64,000 bases of DNA from Gammaproteobacteria bacterium (GTDB taxonomy: Bacteria; Pseudomonadota; Gammaproteobacteria; JABDGN01): assembly GCA_013285995.1 (NCBI GenBank), contig JABDGN010000002.1, forward strand, positions 10,717-74,716, in the 5' to 3' direction. Below, in pieces: positions 8,878 through 18,809 of this stretch. The translations under genes and the position numbers were made by a program. A model generated the notes under the pieces. The model saw only the letters and a list, made by a program, of their open reading frames with translations, was not told the DNA's origin and did no database searches. Each line of letters starts with the position of its first letter. Position 1 is the stretch's first letter.

Positions 8878-10005
8878 TTATAATTGTTGTAATAAAATTT
8901 CATGCGGGTAAGCCTGATTAATAGTTAGTGCTTCTTTCTTAAGTAACAGACCCGCCACTGTTTCTTTAGAATCCATATATTCGTAATCGTTCAAAGGTTG
9001 ATTGTCGGATAAAATCAATTTATCTGTTTTTTTTAATATGCTGAGTAAGTCATCTGGCTTTAAATCACCGTTTGAATACTGCTTATGCCATAAGTCCGCT
9101 ATATCCGGCATCACTACAAGCAAACCTGCTTTCGCATCGTGAATTAAGCCTTTTTCCTCATTAATAAATAATCTGTTTTGATTTATTTCGCCTTGCAGCC
9201 AATCTAAGAAATCTTGCGCGGAATACGGTATGACAAAATCCGCAGCACGCGAGGGGAGTTGAATTGCGGCAATCTCATCAGATACAGCCATTGGCAGTGC
9301 AGAGGATTGGATTTCCACATCAACTTTTTCGAGAGCATTCTGGATCCAACGATGAAACGGATCGCCAATAGCACGTTTTAATTTTGTCAGCGAAGCAATA
9401 AAATCATGTGCCACTATTTCGTTGGAAAAAATAAGTTGCTGTAAGTCTATTGATAGAAGTCGCATCACCATTGGTAAATTCAGCGAATAGCACATGCTTT
9501 GTTGCAATGCGCTAATATCTAGTACTGGCGCTTTTTTGAAATTCCACTCTAAAAAATCGAGCGTTATAAAATCCAGCATTTCATTCTGATTAACTGTTGC
9601 TGAAAATGATAAAAGTTCATAAAGTTGCATAGCCGTACTAGCCACAATCAGTGCTGAGATATAAGCTGGCTTAATCGCTTTAGCTGCTTCAATTTCTGGC
9701 AACAAGGGCCTGTCTCTAATGACATTCAATGCACTATGAGCGCGTTTAAAGGCCAACTGTATAAGGCCGTTTTTTTTATCAAAGCCTGGCATCGCTTTTG
9801 AAGGGAAGGATTGATATGCACAAGCAAGCCTTGATAGATATAAACGCAATTCGTCCATATACAGCTTATTTATTCCGGCTTCTCTGACAAGATCATTAAT
9901 ATTGTCTTGTATTAAGCGGTCATCCTGAATAGTCGTTAAGGATTGAAAGCGATTCACTTCTTTTTCCTGCACCCACTCACGTAACCAGTTTTTAATGCGC
10001 TGCAT
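8878..10005 (-). CDS. MOB-H (TraI_2)-like relaxase-related protein, short form
   Basis: The C-terminal segment AQDFLDWLQGEINQNRLFINEEKGLIHDAKAGLLVVMPDIADLW resembles the TraI_2 C-terminal domain of PFGI-1-class relaxases. The start is taken at MQRIKNWL. The N-terminal region lacks an obvious His cluster. Confidence 0.55.
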   Translation of the reverse strand: MQRIKNWLREWVQEKEVNRFQSLTTIQDDRLIQDNINDLVREAGINKLYMDELRLYLSRLACAYQSFPSKAMPGFDKKNGLIQLAFKRAHSALNVIRDRPLLPEIEAAKAIKPAYISALIVASTAMQLYELLSFSATVNQNEMLDFITLDFLEWNFKKAPVLDISALQQSMCYSLNLPMVMRLLSIDLQQLIFSNEIVAHDFIASLTKLKRAIGDPFHRWIQNALEKVDVEIQSSALPMAVSDEIAAIQLPSRAADFVIPYSAQDFLDWLQGEINQNRLFINEEKGLIHDAKAGLLVVMPDIADLWHKQYSNGDLKPDDLLSILKKTDKLILSDNQPLNDYEYMDSKETVAGLLLKKEALTINQAYPHEILLQQL

Positions 10006-10600
10006 GATCATCCTCCTTTGCGCGCAGTTGGTTAACAGCAGCTTGCAATGTACCAATTTCCTGATAACCTAATAAAGTAATGGCTTGTTCCGGTTTGTCG
10101 TTAAGATAAATGACGGTGACTGGCACGGCTTTTTGTCCTGTGGCATCATAAGCCTTCGAGTTTTCCTGCAACTGCTGCTGAATCTCAGTACTCTGCATGT
10201 CACTTAGCAGTTGTTCACGATTTAAACCAATATGCTCAGCAATAGCCAGTACTTCATCGGTCGGGATCGTTTCAGGATCGTCTACCATTAAGATTTCATT
10301 CTGCATGCTGACAAATTTATTTTGTTTTATGCTGGCAAGCACTGCGCTATCCACAAACACTGATTCAATGGATAAAATCGGTACAACTCGCTGAATCACT
10401 TTGATGCCCTTATTCTGGCTTACAAAGTAGGCTAATAAAGGCGTATATTCCCGACAAATCGGGCAGTTATAATCCAAATACTCGACTATCGTAATATCCC
10501 CTTTTGGATCACCGAAGATAGTCGCCGCCTGTGCTGATAAACTTAAAAAAGCTATGCCGCTTAAAAAAACCAGTAGCGCCATTTTTTTTATTATTTTCAT
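9992..10600 (-). CDS. DsbA/thioredoxin-fold thiol:disulfide oxidoreductase, ICE-encoded
   Basis: Signal peptide MKIIKKMALLVFLSGIAFLSLSAQA. CPIC active-site motif in EYLDYNCPICREY. Confidence 0.8.
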   Translation of the reverse strand: MKIIKKMALLVFLSGIAFLSLSAQAATIFGDPKGDITIVEYLDYNCPICREYTPLLAYFVSQNKGIKVIQRVVPILSIESVFVDSAVLASIKQNKFVSMQNEILMVDDPETIPTDEVLAIAEHIGLNREQLLSDMQSTEIQQQLQENSKAYDATGQKAVPVTVIYLNDKPEQAITLLGYQEIGTLQAAVNQLRAKEDDHAAH

Positions 10601-10613
10601 AAGGGAGTCCCCG

Positions 10614-10976
10614 TTAGTTGATAATAGAATTAATTAACCAGGCAAGCCCGTGCTGCGCTATCAGAATTTCTAAAATAATAAAGAAAATAATCGGGTAGCG
10701 ACGACGGGAATACTTTGCTAAAGCTGCCTGATTAATATCGGGCTTATTGTCATATGCACGTCGTAATAAACGTGGATAGTAATAAATAAAAATTGCTATT
10801 GCGCCGTACCGCAACAGATTTAAGTACAGCGTATGCGTTTCTAAAAAATCAGCAACGCGATTTAAAGCCGCAGCATGCGACAGCAAGAGCATCCCAAGTC
10901 CAGCGACAATACAAAACCCCAGCAAAATACTGCCGGTTAATTTCATTTGCTTTTTAATGAGTGTTTTTATGATCAT
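10614..10976 (-). CDS. small ICE membrane protein
   Basis: Three to four hydrophobic segments, located within the transfer cluster. Confidence 0.65.
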   Translation of the reverse strand: MIIKTLIKKQMKLTGSILLGFCIVAGLGMLLLSHAAALNRVADFLETHTLYLNLLRYGAIAIFIYYYPRLLRRAYDNKPDINQAALAKYSRRRYPIIFFIILEILIAQHGLAWLINSIIN

Positions 10977-11002
10977 TTTTTCTTACCTCTTTTTTATTAT
11001 AT

Positions 11003-12547
11003 TTATTTACCGATTAATCCTGACGTACTACGTCCTACTTGATTCGCTACACCTGTGATACCACCACCTTCTAAACTCGAAAGCGCCGCGCCGCCTTTAA
11101 TACCCGCCCAGGCGGTCATAGCAAACCATACGAAGGGTAAAAATATATACGCCGTACTGATAGTTAAATCCGTTAAGATGCGGCCAGGGCTTACGGTATT
11201 AGTGAGTAAATTCGCAACCCACGTCGCTTGAGGAGTGCTACTATCGGCTGGCGCACCATACAATGATTGCAATAACCACGCATCAAACCAGGACACAACG
11301 TGCCAGATGTAAGAACAAAACGTGACAGAGAACAGCATCACACTCGCTGTAAAACAAAAACCGATTGAGTAACCAGACAGTGGCAACGCAAACGCCAGCA
11401 GAACAAAGATGCCAAATAATAAAACGGCTTGCAGAACAGGAAGCGCATTTAATAGAATATGCAGCTTAGGGTATTCCATCAATGCGGCTTTGACGGTAAA
11501 CACTTTTGCCGCCACCATCGCGGCTTTATCGGCTAAACCTGCGCGATTGTCTTCTTCCGAAGCATAACCTCTATCAATAAACCCCATGGTTAAAAAAGAT
11601 TTTTGCAATAAGGATTTAATCACCGCATCTTGCAGCGCAGCACTACCTTGTGGAAAAGTTTGAGCAAGCTTGGTGATTTGGGTTTGCGCAGTGGGCGCTA
11701 ATTGATTGTAGAGCCGTAACCGTAAGCCAGATTCAGAATCATTCCACCATTCATTGCAATAAGGTTCGCCCCATTTAGGATGCGGAATTATCTGCGCTTC
11801 GATGACATCGCGAAGCGGACTAAAATAAAATCCGGAAATCATATTAGATGATTGAATGCGGTTATAAAATCCATCTACCGTGTTGAATGTATTCGAGCCT
11901 ATCCAACTTACATCATCTTGCCCGAATTTATCTTTGGCTTTATTGATTTCGTTTTGTAACGTAGGATTATTACTGGCCGCCATATACTGACTATAAGCGG
12001 GAAGATAACATTGCTGGTAAAACTCCTTTGTTTCGGCTTTGAGTTGTGCATCCTGTATGGTGCTTAAATCAATCTGGTTTTGCAGATTGCGTAAGTCGAC
12101 TGGCACGCATGACAAGCCTGAAATGGCGGCATCCGTCACGCCATTTGATACTGCAAGAACGACGTACCATAATAAAGGAATGGTTACGCTACTTGGAACT
12201 GGCAAATTATCGTATGTCGTGCCGCTGTTACCAGGCGTTGCAATTTTCGCCGTGCCATCACAAGAAGGCTGAAAATGAATCGCATTGGGTTGCAGCGTTA
12301 CGGTTGGCAAACCCGCCACGCATAACACTGCCAGCCCACCAATCAAGCCAATGATGATACGACGAACACTGATCACCGCCGCTGACTTTGTCTCCTGCGA
12401 TAAAAGCGGCTGCAACCAGCCTTTCACAACGATATAAAGAAAGGGTATGTAAAATATGCCGGTTGCGACCATAATTGACCACAATGAATCATATTGCTGC
12501 CAGCCTAATAACATTGTGTATAACGAAAGATAACCTTGTACTCCCAT
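11003..12547 (-). CDS. TraG_N-type conjugal transfer membrane protein
   Basis: 514 aa polytopic protein with a large periplasmic loop. Its position after the PFL_4711-like gene matches MPF-G clusters. Confidence 0.75.
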   Translation of the reverse strand: MGVQGYLSLYTMLLGWQQYDSLWSIMVATGIFYIPFLYIVVKGWLQPLLSQETKSAAVISVRRIIIGLIGGLAVLCVAGLPTVTLQPNAIHFQPSCDGTAKIATPGNSGTTYDNLPVPSSVTIPLLWYVVLAVSNGVTDAAISGLSCVPVDLRNLQNQIDLSTIQDAQLKAETKEFYQQCYLPAYSQYMAASNNPTLQNEINKAKDKFGQDDVSWIGSNTFNTVDGFYNRIQSSNMISGFYFSPLRDVIEAQIIPHPKWGEPYCNEWWNDSESGLRLRLYNQLAPTAQTQITKLAQTFPQGSAALQDAVIKSLLQKSFLTMGFIDRGYASEEDNRAGLADKAAMVAAKVFTVKAALMEYPKLHILLNALPVLQAVLLFGIFVLLAFALPLSGYSIGFCFTASVMLFSVTFCSYIWHVVSWFDAWLLQSLYGAPADSSTPQATWVANLLTNTVSPGRILTDLTISTAYIFLPFVWFAMTAWAGIKGGAALSSLEGGGITGVANQVGRSTSGLIGK

Positions 12548-12549
12548 GA

Positions 12550-13995
12550 TTAAGCTCCACTCTGAATTGCACCGTTATTCATCACGGCAGGTGTATTTTG
12601 ATCGGGACGAATCGCTGCATTGGCAGCTTGTTCATTCGCGGTTTCCTGTAGAATTTGTGTAACGGTCTTACTCACAAACTGCTGATTGACATCGTTGTTA
12701 AACATAAACTGACTGATGTAATCTTTTAAGCGCGTCATGGCGCTAGTAATCGCTGTTTGTGCCGGTTGATTAGCGTAAATCGGTGGTGCTTGCTCGCCGA
12801 CCATCAATAATTGCAATGTCAATTCCGCTTTATCGATGACTCTCGCGCTCGCAACTTCCGTGGAAAGTTTTTGAATAATGATCGACTGCATGATCGATGA
12901 CGTTTGTTGCTGAATGGTTTTAATCACGGCCTGATTGATCATGACGCGCGGTGCAGAAACGGCTTTTAAATTCGTTAAGGTCATGTCGCTTACACCTGTG
13001 ACTAAGTCCGTTAAATCTTGTTGCACTTGTGTTGCTTGCGCTTGCACATCCCATAACAAACCCACGCCAGGGCTTGAGGTTTTACGTCCGCCAGGGTAAG
13101 TCGTAATAATTTCATCGCCTAAGACATGCGTCGCCCAATCAGCTGCATCTTTAGGTGCTGGGAAAATGCTCGTAATCCCAGCAGTAGGAGAGTTGTTTTG
13201 AGGCCCTGGGCCAGGCGGTGCTGCTTTATCATCGTAAGCACGGTTTTGTGGATCGATTAAAATGTTATACCCCGCCAGCACCGTATCATTGATCAATAAA
13301 ATTTCCGGCTGCCCGCGACCCCCGGCATATTTACTACCATCACTTTTTGATGTCCCTTGCACCCATACCACGCCGCTTGCGCCATTGTCCTGATCGACGG
13401 CTGTTTTCGCCTGATTGATATCACCGTTCGCCGCCCCTAAATAACCGCTGTTTAAACTGCTGCTGCTCGCCATATTCATCTTATATTTCCAGGTATCACC
13501 CAGTGACGCTTTCAGCCAGCCATCATACGGATCTTTTCCTGCATCAATTTCATTCGAAACTTGCTCACAACTTTTAGTCGAAACTTCTAAATCTTGTCGT
13601 GCATTAAAAAGACTCGATTGCAATTGCTGATATAAATTCGGATCGGCCCGCGCTATCGCATAGGCGGGCATTTCAGTCAGTGCGCCGGTCGCATTTTGTA
13701 AAATAGAACCGACCATTTCTTGATACGAAGATTTGACAGAGTTCAAAGAATCAATCAATGACATTTGCGGATTAAATACGCCGCAGTTATAGCCTAAGCC
13801 AGCGGCTCCCTTGGCATACAAGGGAATGCGATTATTATTTGCAACCGGTGGAAGCGGAGCAGGATTGCCGCCGCCGAAATTGTAATAGAGATCGCTGCCG
13901 TTGCCGCCTGGAATTAAATCAGCGTGAGCTGCACTGCCTAAGCCGCCTAATATGAATAGGCTTACTAATAAAGCCAGTTTATTATTTTTCATCAT
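12550..13995 (-). CDS. ICE conjugation protein, secreted (PFL_4711-like by synteny)
   Basis: Signal peptide MMKNNKLALLVSLFILGGLGSAAHA. 481 aa; family assigned from order and size. Confidence 0.7.
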   Translation of the reverse strand: MMKNNKLALLVSLFILGGLGSAAHADLIPGGNGSDLYYNFGGGNPAPLPPVANNNRIPLYAKGAAGLGYNCGVFNPQMSLIDSLNSVKSSYQEMVGSILQNATGALTEMPAYAIARADPNLYQQLQSSLFNARQDLEVSTKSCEQVSNEIDAGKDPYDGWLKASLGDTWKYKMNMASSSSLNSGYLGAANGDINQAKTAVDQDNGASGVVWVQGTSKSDGSKYAGGRGQPEILLINDTVLAGYNILIDPQNRAYDDKAAPPGPGPQNNSPTAGITSIFPAPKDAADWATHVLGDEIITTYPGGRKTSSPGVGLLWDVQAQATQVQQDLTDLVTGVSDMTLTNLKAVSAPRVMINQAVIKTIQQQTSSIMQSIIIQKLSTEVASARVIDKAELTLQLLMVGEQAPPIYANQPAQTAITSAMTRLKDYISQFMFNNDVNQQFVSKTVTQILQETANEQAANAAIRPDQNTPAVMNNGAIQSGA

Positions 13996-14074
13996 TGCCT
14001 CTTGTTATTTTTATAAAATTTATTTTTGTTTTTTATTTCACCTACGCTCTAAAGAGCTACGGCGCAATAAACTT

Positions 14075-15097
14075 TTATGTCTCACCAATCCAGTTACCAC
14101 TGCCCTGAATGCATCCTTCGTAATGCCGCCACATGACCCATACATAACTGCCTTTGCCTTTATCATATTGATCTTGGCCGTATGGCTTTGCATCTGTTAA
14201 ATCACTTTTACCAAATTCATTAACCGCTGTGGTTTGCGCTACCGGATAAATTTCCTGGTATTTCACGTTGCTAAAATCATTTTCGCGGCTAGGCCATACA
14301 CGGCAATGTTGCCCGCAGCTAGTGCTGCCTAATACGTTATACACATGCATCTGACCCGGATTAGTAGCAATATCAGCAGCGCGTAACGCTAATACAGCAG
14401 CAGCTTTATAATCATCCGGTTGCGACACAAATCCAACACGCGGAAAAATCGCGCCCCAGGTTTCAATATAATTTTGCGTGACGTCGCGAACGCGCGGCGG
14501 CAGGTAATAGGGGTAACGCAACATTTCCAATTGCGGGGTACGCCACAGGTAGGCATCCAACAGCGAAGAATAATAAATATGAAAAGGAACTGCCTGCGTT
14601 GGGATCATTGCCGCATTAGCAAACTGATTTACCAAATGCACCGCCGGATCGCCGATAATATCGACATCTTTAAATTTATTACCCGCATCAAAACCTGAAC
14701 CAGCTCCCATGGGACTCATCGATTGATCGGATTGCGTCATATCCTGATGTAAAGTGGTTTTAATCTCCGTTTGCCCAGCTTTTTTGAAAACTGGATCTAA
14801 CACCGTCATACCGTAATCCCAGGGATTTTCATCATCATGGTCATAAACAGAGACTACTGCATCCGGTAAGAATTCATTTACTTTTAACGTGGTTGAATAG
14901 ACTGGCCCAAACATTGTCCAGCGCACCCAGAAACAAACTCCTTCGACACGGTAATTTAAAAAGTTACCAAAGGGATTACTGGCGGCAGCAAGCACCACAT
15001 CTTTCATTAAGATGGGTGTTAATAAAGGCGGCGTTTTAATCGCAAAACTACTGGTTGCGTAAGCTATCAGACTCATTGTTATTATTTTTTTAATCAT
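14075..15097 (-). CDS. ICE conjugation protein, secreted (PFL_4710-like by synteny)
   Basis: Signal peptide present. 340 aa, with a 4-nt overlap with the upstream gene. Confidence 0.7.
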   Translation of the reverse strand: MIKKIITMSLIAYATSSFAIKTPPLLTPILMKDVVLAAASNPFGNFLNYRVEGVCFWVRWTMFGPVYSTTLKVNEFLPDAVVSVYDHDDENPWDYGMTVLDPVFKKAGQTEIKTTLHQDMTQSDQSMSPMGAGSGFDAGNKFKDVDIIGDPAVHLVNQFANAAMIPTQAVPFHIYYSSLLDAYLWRTPQLEMLRYPYYLPPRVRDVTQNYIETWGAIFPRVGFVSQPDDYKAAAVLALRAADIATNPGQMHVYNVLGSTSCGQHCRVWPSRENDFSNVKYQEIYPVAQTTAVNEFGKSDLTDAKPYGQDQYDKGKGSYVWVMWRHYEGCIQGSGNWIGET

Positions 15098-15522
15098 GCC
15101 GGGACTCCATGTGCTTGTTCATTCAATCGCGTTAGATAGGGATCGAGCGCAATATTGACATTGGTTGCGCCGAATACCACAACGTTATCATTGATAATAA
15201 TCGCAGGCACTTCATGAATATTGAAACGATATGCCAGATACAAGCCTTGCGCCGCTTGCTGAATTTTATTAGCGGAATTTGTAATGACTGTTTTTGCTTT
15301 TTCAGTGGCATCGCTTTCAGATAACCCCTGCAATTGCTGATTAATTGAAGTAATCCCCGATTGATAGTCATCGAGGTAATACACGGTGACAGGTATGCTG
15401 TTATCCGGTAATACAACTGGCGGCAAGCTGTGCAGCGTTAATACTGATACCGTTGGCGCAGTATTAGCTTGCACTGAACAAACAAACACACTGAATAAAA
15501 AAATAAATAGTATCCGCATCAT
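15094..15522 (-). CDS. ICE conjugation protein, small periplasmic (PFL_4709-like by synteny)
   Basis: Signal peptide MMRILFIFLFSVFVCSVQA. 142 aa, coupled to the ATPase gene. Confidence 0.7.
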   Translation of the reverse strand: MMRILFIFLFSVFVCSVQANTAPTVSVLTLHSLPPVVLPDNSIPVTVYYLDDYQSGITSINQQLQGLSESDATEKAKTVITNSANKIQQAAQGLYLAYRFNIHEVPAIIINDNVVVFGATNVNIALDPYLTRLNEQAHGVPA

Positions 15523-18359
15523 GCTATATCCCTCGCTAATAATTTTTTAACGGCATTTAAATCATAGGGATTACCTTTCATCTTTTGCGCCATTAGAAAA
15601 GCCGCTTCCAATTCATCACAGTCAAACTCTTGCATTAAGGTTCTACGCTGCGTTTTTTCGTCCTTTTCCGTCATCGCAAGCGCTAAAGCTTCAACGGGTG
15701 GCACATTGCGATAAAGAAAATTATATTTTTTACTGAGTAATACGCCTTCGACGTATTTCCCTGGTTCTTTGCGTACTGTTTTAAATAAAGCGCGTTCTTC
15801 ATCGGTAAATTGCCGAAATTCTTCGATGTGGCGTAACTCTTCATCGCTCATACCAAGACATAACCAAAACTCCATCATTGACAACATTTTGCGACTGCTC
15901 GCCGGAAAGTCGCTCACGTTTTGTGTCGCAAGCGTTAACCACAATCCCACCTTGCGCGACATCTTGGAGCATTGCGTAATACTCGCTGCTGTAATGGCTT
16001 GTTTGGTGACGACATGTAACTCGTCACCGACAAATTCGGTAAAACGGCTGCCATATTGATTTTCTTCGGCAAAACTCATGGTACGATTCATGAGCGTAAT
16101 AAACGCCAAGGCGCGGGGCGCTTCGTTTTCTTCGCGATCATCTTTCAATACGCCCATTTCAAACCAGGTGACATCGGCCTTCGGCAATGGCTTGCCTCTC
16201 GTATTGAAATACATAGAATTGAGTGGGGATTGTGTGAACGTGCCTAAGCCATGCGCCATCGTTTGTAAGCGCACCGATAAGGCTTTATCGCCCGCATGCT
16301 GGCTCGCACCATATTCTTGTGACATGCGTTCCAGTTCTTCTACAAGATCGCTTGCGATCATTTGATCGAAGCCTTTGGCAATAGCACTCTTACCAGCGCG
16401 CACAATGGCTTGTAAAATCTGATACCGATCTTGTCGGGTTAAATTGTCGATTTCTTTACTTTCGCCACCGGTAATCATCAGTGTTGCAGCCGTTGCAAAC
16501 TCCGAAAGATAGTTACGTTTTGCTTCTAACTCATCATCAACTTCATTTTTATTATTTACGGTTAACGTTTTTTCAATTTCCTCTTCTTCGTTTAAAAGTA
16601 CTGTTTTTAAATTATCGGTTTGCAATTCGGCTTCGCGCACCTGGCTAAGCATTTTTTGTGTTTCAATAAATGGATTTAACGAAAAGGTCGGTTTATCGAG
16701 CGTAATTTCAATTGCATTCACACTGAGTCCCATTGCTCTAAAGAACTCCATCAACAACGCAAACGATTTACCTGCATCAATCACGACCAGGTACGGCATA
16801 TACACCGCCATGGTTTGCATCATGAGATACGTCATCGTGGCAGATTTGCCTGCGCCCGTCGTGCCCAACATCAACAAATGAGAATTATTGCTTTTATCGG
16901 CTTTGTTATAACGATCTACTGATAATGGTGTTCCCATACGGTTAAAAAACGAAAGCACCGGATTGCCCGATCCTGTTTCACGTCCACAAAAAGGTAAAAT
17001 TTTGGCGATTTGCTGTGCGCTCAAATAGTGTGAGCGCAGCAAGTATTTGCGATCAATTTGATAGTCATAGTTGAATGGGGTATTTACCCAGTAGGACTTT
17101 AATAGGGCTAAATCATCATCCTGCCGGATCGGAATAAAGCCTTCGCTGGATAACAAAGCATTCACTAGAGTCCGTTTATCATCTAAGTCTGCTAAATCTT
17201 TCCCGTGCAAATAAACACCCATCGCGCACGGTAATAAGGGATTGCCATTTGCCAGCATCATCTTGGCGGCTTTAGCTTCTTCGCCAGCCATAATGCCGTC
17301 TGTTAATTTCGATTTTTTAGCGGTTTTTTCAATGTGATCGAGATGTACTTCAATCTCAATTTTTGATTGCATCACCATCGTCATGACAAAGGTGCAGCCT
17401 GGCGGGAATTTATCAAACAAGGCATAAGCTCGTTTATCAAATTGTTGCTCCGCTGTCAGATGTCCCATGCGTGGCAAACGCGATAATCCTAATATCGCAA
17501 GATACTGGTGCGCTTCGTCGTCGAACCACCATGTACCTGTGCTTTGTTCTGAGCGAACATTGCCGCGAATAATTTGCTGGCTTAAGTCAAAGGTTTCTAA
17601 TTTTTCTTCGCGAGTAGTGGGATAAGCTACATTTTTTAAAAAGTCATTGGTATTTGCAAAACCGGCAGGGTGCGGATTAAACCATCGCGCCAGCCATTGA
17701 AAAAAGTCTTCATCGCTATAGCGATTAAACTGTAATCCACAGGCGGCGCATTGCGATTCAAAGGATTTACACACGGCATTTAACTCATCAACCGGTGTAC
17801 GTCCACGCAGGTTTACATTAATTCCTTGCGGGCGATAAATGACAATACGGGTACGCCGGTGTCGTCCCTGAAAAGGGATGCCCGATAATTCATCATTAAA
17901 AATACCGCCAGGTTTGGCAACACGATTATAATGTTGCTGAATAATCAGCTGATAGGCTTGTGAGTAAGGATGGTGTTTGGCATGCGGTTTAACGTAGTCA
18001 ACAAACTGCTCGCTATCTTGGCTTAAATCAAATTCATCCGATAAATAAATTTGCACAATCCAAGGCGATTCTTTCGTATACAGCGGCGGAAAAGTAGACG
18101 TAATAAAATCCCGAAAGTTAATCAACATGGCATCCATGCGTTCGAGGGTTCGCGCTTCTGTTGGCAGTGGTTTAATTTCATATATCGCACCGACGGTCTT
18201 GCCATCGCTTAGCAAAAAGCTTTTACTTGCTTCGTCATATTCTTCCCAACGCAATTGACTTGATATGCTCGGCGGCAACCGATAAGCGCGCTCCAAACTT
18301 TTGTAAGTTGTGGTGTCTGAAAAATCAAACACATCTTTAATAATTTCCTTTAAACTCAT
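15519..18359 (-). CDS. conjugative transfer ATPase, VirB4/TraC-like (MPF-G class)
   Basis: 946 aa. Walker A LMLGTTGAGKSATMTY and Walker B-like FVGDELHVV. Confidence 0.9.
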   Translation of the reverse strand: MSLKEIIKDVFDFSDTTTYKSLERAYRLPPSISSQLRWEEYDEASKSFLLSDGKTVGAIYEIKPLPTEARTLERMDAMLINFRDFITSTFPPLYTKESPWIVQIYLSDEFDLSQDSEQFVDYVKPHAKHHPYSQAYQLIIQQHYNRVAKPGGIFNDELSGIPFQGRHRRTRIVIYRPQGINVNLRGRTPVDELNAVCKSFESQCAACGLQFNRYSDEDFFQWLARWFNPHPAGFANTNDFLKNVAYPTTREEKLETFDLSQQIIRGNVRSEQSTGTWWFDDEAHQYLAILGLSRLPRMGHLTAEQQFDKRAYALFDKFPPGCTFVMTMVMQSKIEIEVHLDHIEKTAKKSKLTDGIMAGEEAKAAKMMLANGNPLLPCAMGVYLHGKDLADLDDKRTLVNALLSSEGFIPIRQDDDLALLKSYWVNTPFNYDYQIDRKYLLRSHYLSAQQIAKILPFCGRETGSGNPVLSFFNRMGTPLSVDRYNKADKSNNSHLLMLGTTGAGKSATMTYLMMQTMAVYMPYLVVIDAGKSFALLMEFFRAMGLSVNAIEITLDKPTFSLNPFIETQKMLSQVREAELQTDNLKTVLLNEEEEIEKTLTVNNKNEVDDELEAKRNYLSEFATAATLMITGGESKEIDNLTRQDRYQILQAIVRAGKSAIAKGFDQMIASDLVEELERMSQEYGASQHAGDKALSVRLQTMAHGLGTFTQSPLNSMYFNTRGKPLPKADVTWFEMGVLKDDREENEAPRALAFITLMNRTMSFAEENQYGSRFTEFVGDELHVVTKQAITAASITQCSKMSRKVGLWLTLATQNVSDFPASSRKMLSMMEFWLCLGMSDEELRHIEEFRQFTDEERALFKTVRKEPGKYVEGVLLSKKYNFLYRNVPPVEALALAMTEKDEKTQRRTLMQEFDCDELEAAFLMAQKMKGNPYDLNAVKKLLARDIA

Positions 18360-18784
18360 GGTTGGCCTCCCACGTTATTTAAAACGCCTTCACTTGGCAG
18401 CGCATAGTAATTTTTTTCGTATAAGGGAAACACGGTGTAGTAGCCAGGTACGGGCATTTGTTCATCGCCTGCATAATGCGGCGTGATGTACATGATTAAT
18501 TGTGGATTAGGCAGCATTGGAAATTCAGCTTCAACAAAAGAGTTGCCTGGCGAATTAGAATTTGCCTGAGCAAAACCATTTTGATTAACAAGATGCCGTA
18601 CACTACTTAAATCCTGATTATCTGCGTTATTCGGATCGTCAGTATTACTGCTGGCTGATAATGCTCGGTCATACGCTTGTCCCATGGTAGGTGAATTATC
18701 AGGCTGTTTTATTTGTGTGCTGCAACCACTGATTGTCATGGCTAATGCCAATGCAGTAAGGGTTATAAAATATTTTCTTTTCAT
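18356..18784 (-). CDS. conjugal transfer region lipoprotein
   Basis: Lipobox LAMTISGCS after the signal sequence. 142 aa. Confidence 0.75.
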   Translation of the reverse strand: MKRKYFITLTALALAMTISGCSTQIKQPDNSPTMGQAYDRALSASSNTDDPNNADNQDLSSVRHLVNQNGFAQANSNSPGNSFVEAEFPMLPNPQLIMYITPHYAGDEQMPVPGYYTVFPLYEKNYYALPSEGVLNNVGGQP

Positions 18785-18809
18785 TATGATTGACTCCTCG
18801 TTATTTTTA

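Noticed and set aside
12039-12482. Track ORFs 12039..12272, 12046..12354 and 12258..12482 within TraG_N. Similar internal ORFs lie elsewhere in the ICE, for example 15132..15416, 15769..16365, 19246..19599 and 25364..25684.
   Set aside because: All lie inside longer, motif-supported transfer genes and are best explained as shadow ORFs.
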